Source: Candidatus Fermentithermobacillaceae bacterium (GTDB taxonomy: Bacteria; Bacillota; Sulfobacillia; Fermentithermobacillales; Fermentithermobacillaceae). Taken from it: DNA of 64,000 bases. Below the pieces are notes generated by a model. That model ran no database searches and was not told the origin of the DNA. It saw only the letters and a list, made by a program, of their open reading frames with translations. Where the stretch lies: assembly GCA_012840345.1 (NCBI GenBank), contig DULO01000034.1:3013-67012 (forward strand), given 5' to 3'. This document shows positions 59,190-64,000 of this stretch, piece by piece. A program made the position numbers and the translations under genes. Every line of letters begins with the position of its first letter. Within the stretch, counting starts at the first letter, position 1.

Positions 59190-61847
59190 ATGATGGCGCA
59201 GTATAGGGAACTGAAAAGTAAGAACCCGGACGCGTTGCTCTTTTTCCGGCTTGGAGACTTCTACGAGATGTTCTACGAGGACGCGGAGATCGGGTCGAGG
59301 GAACTGGGCATAGCGCTCACGGGAAGAGACGCGGGTGGCAAGGAACGCGCTCCTATGTGCGGCGTTCCTTACCACTCGGTGGACGATTACATACGGATCC
59401 TGGTGGAGAAGGGTTACCGGGTGGCCATCTGCGAGCAACTGGAAGACCCGAGCTTGGCTAAGGGCCTAGTGAAGAGAGGCATCACTCGCGTAATCACGCC
59501 GGGCACTTACTGGGAAGGGACCGCGGCCCAAGACACGTGCTACATTGCGTCGGTCTACGCTTCGGGCAGAGACGCTTTGGGCCTCGCGGTCTGCGACCTG
59601 TCCACAGGCGACGTGATGATAGCCGGGGTTTCCCCGGACGACGACTTCAGGGGGGCGGGAAGGAGCGGTTCCTACGGGCGGCTCATTGAGGAGTTGTCCC
59701 GCTTCCTGCCGAAAGAATGCGTCTTGCCCGACTCCCCCGATCATGCCTTGGTGCGTCAAGCTATCACTAAGGCGCTGCCGGGCATCTTCATAACCGGACA
59801 CCCGAAAGACGCTTTTTGCTTGCCCTCTCCGGGGACAAGCCCTGACGGAGAGAAGAAGGCCCCGGCCGAAGCCCTCACCGCCCTTCAAGGGCTCTTGGAC
59901 TACATGAAAACCACTCAAATGGTTGACCTGAGGCACTTGAAGGAGCCGTCCCTGTACCTTCAGGAGGGTTTCCTAGAGATTGACCGGTCGACCCGTAGGA
60001 ACTTGGAGTTGCTCCAAAGGCTTCAGGGAGACACCTACGGTTCGCTATACTGGGTCCTCAACCAGACCCGCACCGCCATGGGGGCGAGGCTTCTCAGGCA
60101 ATGGATCGAACGGCCCCTCCGTGACGCCTCCCGGGTACTGGAGAGGCTCTCGGCGGTAGATGAGTTCTACGAGGATGCGGCCAAGAGACTCACGGCAAGA
60201 GATATCTTGGGCAACATAAAAGACCTGGAAAGGCTCGTGACCCGCCTTACCTACAAGTCGTGCAACGCCCGGGACCTCACGAACCTCGCCTCCTCGCTGG
60301 AAGCCGTCTCGCGCCTAAGAGAACTCTTGCGGACTTGCTCGTCGGAGCTCCTGAGGAAAAACGCTTCCGCCATGGACGACATACCCGAGGCTGTCTCCGC
60401 GATAAGGAACACTCTGGTTACGGAACCGCCGTTGTCGCTCACGGAGGGCGGCCTCATCAGGGAGGGCTTCAGCCCGGAAATTGATGAGCTCCGGCAGTTG
60501 GCCAGCGGCGGAAAACAATGGGTCTTGGACTTTGAGGCGAGGGAGAGGGAGCGCACCGGCATAAAGTCCCTGAGAGTGGGCTTTAACCGGGTATTCGGTT
60601 TTTACATAGAAGTGACAAGGTCCAACCTTCACATGGTGCCCGCCGACTACGTAAGGAAGCAGACCCTGGCGTCGGCGGAACGCTTCGTGACTCCAGAGCT
60701 CAGGGAAAAAGAGACGGCCATTTTGGGAGCGGAAGAGAAACTCCGAAAAGAGGAGTACCGGGTTTTCTGTGAACTCCGGGACTCCATAAGCGCGCACATT
60801 CGGCGCATCCAAAAGACAGCCAAGGCCGTGGCCGAAGTGGACGTGCTGGTTTCCTTCGCCGAAACCGCCCACAGTCAAGGCTACGTTCGTCCCCAAGTGA
60901 GCGATTCGGGGTCTATCAAGATAAAGGGCGGGAGGCACCCGGTACTGGAAAAGGTGCTGCCTCAAGGCACGTTCGTCCCAAACGACCTGGTCTTAGACTC
61001 CTCCCAGCGGATTATGGTCATCACCGGTCCAAACATGGGAGGCAAGTCCACCTACTGCCGGCAAGCCGCGCTTATCGTCATCATGGCGCAAATGGGCTGC
61101 TACGTGCCGTGCAAGGAAGCGGCCATACGCTGCGTGGACAAGGTATTTGCCCGGGTAGGCGCCTACGACGACCTGGTGTTGGGCCAGTCCACCTTCATGG
61201 TGGAGATGGCGGAAGTCTCCCGCATCCTGAAGGGCGCCACAAAAGACAGCCTTGTGATACTGGACGAGATTGGCCGCGGCACGAGCACCTTCGACGGGTT
61301 GTCGGTAGCCTGGGCGGTGCTTGAGCACCTGGCCGACGAAAAGACGTGCGGGGCGATGGCGCTGGTGGCGACCCACTACAGGGAACTGACCCTCCTGTCG
61401 GACCTCAAGCCCGGAATCGTAAACCATCACATGGCCGTAAAGAAGGCGGGCAATGACATAGTGTTTCTCCGCAAGTTGGAAAAGGGAGTGGCCGAAGGCA
61501 GCTTCGGTATAGACGTGGCCGCCATGGCCGGACTTCCTCCCGCCGTCGTCTCCCGGGCCAGGGAGATCCTTGTGGGCCTTGAATCTGAAGTGAGGAGCCG
61601 GTCCAGGTGGAAGACGGGCATACTCGGGCAAATAGCCTCAAGGTATGTTGGGATCGCGCCGGATGTGGTGCCCGGACAAGAGCCCCTCTTTACCATGGGG
61701 CAGGAAGAAGCGCCTCCGGAAGATCCTTTTCTCAAGGAAATCGTCAAGGAGATCACTGATCTTGAGCTGGACAGCCTCACTCCCCGGGAAGCACTGAACG
61801 TCCTGTATGACTTGAAGAACAAGATTCGGAGCCGGAAGGAGACCTAA
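59190..61847 (+). CDS. mutS: DNA mismatch repair protein MutS
   Basis: 'TPMMAQYRELK' N-terminus matches the MutS start region. Walker A 'GPNMGGKST'. ORF is open from 58986, overlapping miaB. GTG 59172 is an alternative start. Confidence 0.9.
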   Translation: MMAQYRELKSKNPDALLFFRLGDFYEMFYEDAEIGSRELGIALTGRDAGGKERAPMCGVPYHSVDDYIRILVEKGYRVAICEQLEDPSLAKGLVKRGITRVITPGTYWEGTAAQDTCYIASVYASGRDALGLAVCDLSTGDVMIAGVSPDDDFRGAGRSGSYGRLIEELSRFLPKECVLPDSPDHALVRQAITKALPGIFITGHPKDAFCLPSPGTSPDGEKKAPAEALTALQGLLDYMKTTQMVDLRHLKEPSLYLQEGFLEIDRSTRRNLELLQRLQGDTYGSLYWVLNQTRTAMGARLLRQWIERPLRDASRVLERLSAVDEFYEDAAKRLTARDILGNIKDLERLVTRLTYKSCNARDLTNLASSLEAVSRLRELLRTCSSELLRKNASAMDDIPEAVSAIRNTLVTEPPLSLTEGGLIREGFSPEIDELRQLASGGKQWVLDFEARERERTGIKSLRVGFNRVFGFYIEVTRSNLHMVPADYVRKQTLASAERFVTPELREKETAILGAEEKLRKEEYRVFCELRDSISAHIRRIQKTAKAVAEVDVLVSFAETAHSQGYVRPQVSDSGSIKIKGGRHPVLEKVLPQGTFVPNDLVLDSSQRIMVITGPNMGGKSTYCRQAALIVIMAQMGCYVPCKEAAIRCVDKVFARVGAYDDLVLGQSTFMVEMAEVSRILKGATKDSLVILDEIGRGTSTFDGLSVAWAVLEHLADEKTCGAMALVATHYRELTLLSDLKPGIVNHHMAVKKAGNDIVFLRKLEKGVAEGSFGIDVAAMAGLPPAVVSRAREILVGLESEVRSRSRWKTGILGQIASRYVGIAPDVVPGQEPLFTMGQEEAPPEDPFLKEIVKEITDLELDSLTPREALNVLYDLKNKIRSRKET

Positions 61848-61849
61848 AG

Positions 61850-63667
61850 ATGAAGATAGTCCGGCTGGACCCTGTGACGTCAAGCCAGATCGCGGCGGGG
61901 GAAGTGGTCGAGAGGCCTGCTTCGGTAGTAAAAGAGCTGGTGGAGAACGCCCTAGACGCCAATGCCCACAGGATCCTGGTAGAGTTTGAGGGTTCGGGTC
62001 TTGAGCTCATCAAGGTCATTGACGACGGTGAAGGTATGTCCAGGGAAGACGCTCAAATGGCCGTAGAGAGGTTCGCTACCTCCAAACTCTCGTCCATAGA
62101 GGACCTGGACGATCTCTCCACTCTCGGGTTCCGCGGAGAAGCCCTTCCGTCCATCGCGTCATGCTCCAGGCTCACTTTGGAGACAAGGGAAGCCTCGGCG
62201 TCTTACGGGACTGAGGTAATTGTTGAAGGCGGGCAAATCCTTTCGGTGAAAGACAAGGGACTCCCGGTCGGCACCACGGTTACCGTCAGAGACCTCTTTT
62301 TCAACACACCCGCGCGCCTCAAATTCGTGAAGTCTCGCGGACGGGAGCGGCAAGCAATAATCGATACAGTTGAGAGCCTCGCCCTGGCATGGCCCAACAG
62401 ATACTTTGAGGTGCGCTCGGGAGGAAAGACCGTCATGAGGACTTCCGGACAGGGGCTCAGGAACGTGATAGCCGACTTGTTTGGGCCTGAGACGGCCTCG
62501 TCTATGGTGCCGGTATCTTTTGCGTCGGGAGGGCAAGAACCGGTACGGGTCACTGGCATGGTTGGCCTGCCCGGCCTCTACAGGAGGTCTAGGGACAGGC
62601 AGGTCTTCTCGGTGAACGCTCGGGTTGTGCGGAATTCACTCTTGGCGTGGGCGTTGGATGACGCCTACCGTGGCCTTATACCTCCCAACAGCTATCCGGT
62701 CGCGTTCTTGTCCGTAGACACGGAGAAGCGCTTTGTGGACGTCAACGTCCACCCAACCAAAGCGGAAGTGCGGTTTAGAAACGATAGCGAAGTGAGGCAC
62801 GCCGTGTCCGCGGCCGTAAGCGCGGCCTTAAGCGCGGCAGGCTTTCAAGTGCTGAAAAGGGAAGCCACCGGCCCGCTGGACGTGCCAAAAAGCATCTATC
62901 AAGCGACCGTCACGGGGCAGAAGTTCGGATCCTCAAGATCCATAGCGGGAGACAGGCCACTGGTGGGAGACCGGCCCTTGGCTGGAGACAGGCCTGTCCG
63001 GCGGGATATGCCGCTCATAGACTATTTTCCGAGGGAACCCGTCCATAACTTAGGGCTGGAATCAGGAGAGGGATCAGGCTGGGAGTACTTAGGCTCTCTG
63101 CAAGACACCTATCTGATCGCCAAGACCCCCAATTCGGTGGTGCTGGTGGATAAGCACGCTCTGATGGAAAGCCTCGCGTACCGCGAGCTCCTGGCCAGGA
63201 GGAGCGGGAGCCAAGAGCTCCTTATGGCAGAGACGGTCCGGCTCGCTCCCAAAGAGGCCGCGGCCTACGAAGAATATGAGGCTTCGTTGGCGGAGTCGGG
63301 GTATGATTCCAGGTTAATCGGAGAGTCAACGCTGCTTGTCACCAAGGTACCCCTGATCATGGGAGAGCCGGTGGAACCGTCAAGCATCAGAAACGTACTC
63401 TCGGCCTTGGCGGAGGGCGCGGGGAATACGGCGCCTGCCGAAAGGCTGATGGAGACTGCCAGGATAGCGCTGGCGGCATGCCACGCTTCGGTGCGGGCCA
63501 GGGAACCGTTAAGCGCCCGTGAAGCCCAAGCTCTGCTAGAAAGCTTGTACAGGGAACCGGCGGCCGCTACTTGCCCTCACGGCAGGCCTACCGTCAAGGA
63601 GATCCCGATTACCGAAATAGATGATTTTTTTGGCAGAACTTCCCACAAGGGTGCGGGCAGGATATAA
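61850..63667 (+). CDS. mutL: DNA mismatch repair protein MutL
   Basis: GHKL ATPase 'ELVENALDA' and 'DDGEGM'. C-terminal dimerisation domain. Confidence 0.9.
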   Translation: MKIVRLDPVTSSQIAAGEVVERPASVVKELVENALDANAHRILVEFEGSGLELIKVIDDGEGMSREDAQMAVERFATSKLSSIEDLDDLSTLGFRGEALPSIASCSRLTLETREASASYGTEVIVEGGQILSVKDKGLPVGTTVTVRDLFFNTPARLKFVKSRGRERQAIIDTVESLALAWPNRYFEVRSGGKTVMRTSGQGLRNVIADLFGPETASSMVPVSFASGGQEPVRVTGMVGLPGLYRRSRDRQVFSVNARVVRNSLLAWALDDAYRGLIPPNSYPVAFLSVDTEKRFVDVNVHPTKAEVRFRNDSEVRHAVSAAVSAALSAAGFQVLKREATGPLDVPKSIYQATVTGQKFGSSRSIAGDRPLVGDRPLAGDRPVRRDMPLIDYFPREPVHNLGLESGEGSGWEYLGSLQDTYLIAKTPNSVVLVDKHALMESLAYRELLARRSGSQELLMAETVRLAPKEAAAYEEYEASLAESGYDSRLIGESTLLVTKVPLIMGEPVEPSSIRNVLSALAEGAGNTAPAERLMETARIALAACHASVRAREPLSAREAQALLESLYREPAAATCPHGRPTVKEIPITEIDDFFGRTSHKGAGRI

Positions 63668-63669
63668 TT

Positions 63670-64000
63670 ATGTGTGCCTTGTCCGTTGAGAAGGCCCCCT
63701 CAAGTCAAGAAAAGGTGGAAGTAACGGAGTTGCAGCGTCTCTTGGTTATCACCGGGCCCACGGCCTCGGGCAAGTCCAAACTGGCCATGGACATCGCCCA
63801 AGAGATACCCTTGGAGATAATCTCGGCCGACTCCATGCAGGTCTACCGCTACATGGATATTGGAACCGACAAGCCTTCCGCCGAAGACCGCTCCAAAGTG
63901 AGGCATCACCTAATAGACTTGAGGTATCCGGACGAACAGTGGACTGTGGAGGAGTTTCAACGGACAGCCGAAGCGGCAATCAAGGAAATCAGTTCTAGGG
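63670..64000 (+). CDS. miaA: tRNA dimethylallyltransferase (5' partial, runs off the window end)
   Basis: P-loop 'ITGPTASGKS'. 'DSMQVYRYMDIGTDKP' is typical of MiaA. Start is 2 nt after the mutL stop. Confidence 0.8.
   Translation, partial: MCALSVEKAPSSQEKVEVTELQRLLVITGPTASGKSKLAMDIAQEIPLEIISADSMQVYRYMDIGTDKPSAEDRSKVRHHLIDLRYPDEQWTVEEFQRTAEAAIKEISSR

Overview
This 64 kb window reads as an ordinary chromosomal segment from a moderately high-GC (about 60%) endospore-forming Firmicute (Clostridia-like). All calls rest on motif-level recognition by eye from the six-frame translations; no database search was run, so family names are inferences. Supporting that taxonomic guess: spoVS, PyrR-type attenuators, a T-box leader, and cinA-recA-recX-rny-ymdB synteny.

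Most of the window is conserved housekeeping. Features found:
- a truncated pyr operon (pyrR-pyrB-pyrC-pyrK-pyrD) with a PyrR attenuator, plus an unlinked pyrP (uracil permease) with its own PyrR attenuator;
- a type-2 ileS behind a T-box leader;
- asnS, rodZ-like, dacA, an mrfA/mrfB (yprA/yprB) helicase-exonuclease pair, feoB-feoA, rimO-like, cinA-thpR-recA-recX, rny, ymdB, spoVS, ADP-forming acetyl-CoA synthetase, ttcA-like, nifS-thiI, flagellin, and miaB-mutS-mutL-miaA.

No CRISPR array, tRNA, rRNA or obvious mobile element was seen.

Uncharacterised content worth a second look:
- a tightly coupled four-gene membrane-protein operon (1961-4715) behind a 300-nt AT-rich leader with TGATCA repeats;
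- an orphan 370-aa protein paired with a short SdpI-like membrane protein;
- a two-gene FtsH-like module in which a periplasm-less AAA+/M41 protease is translationally coupled to a single-pass membrane protein;
- unknown genes inserted between rny and ymdB and next to ttcA;
- a small basic ORF with a strong RBS.
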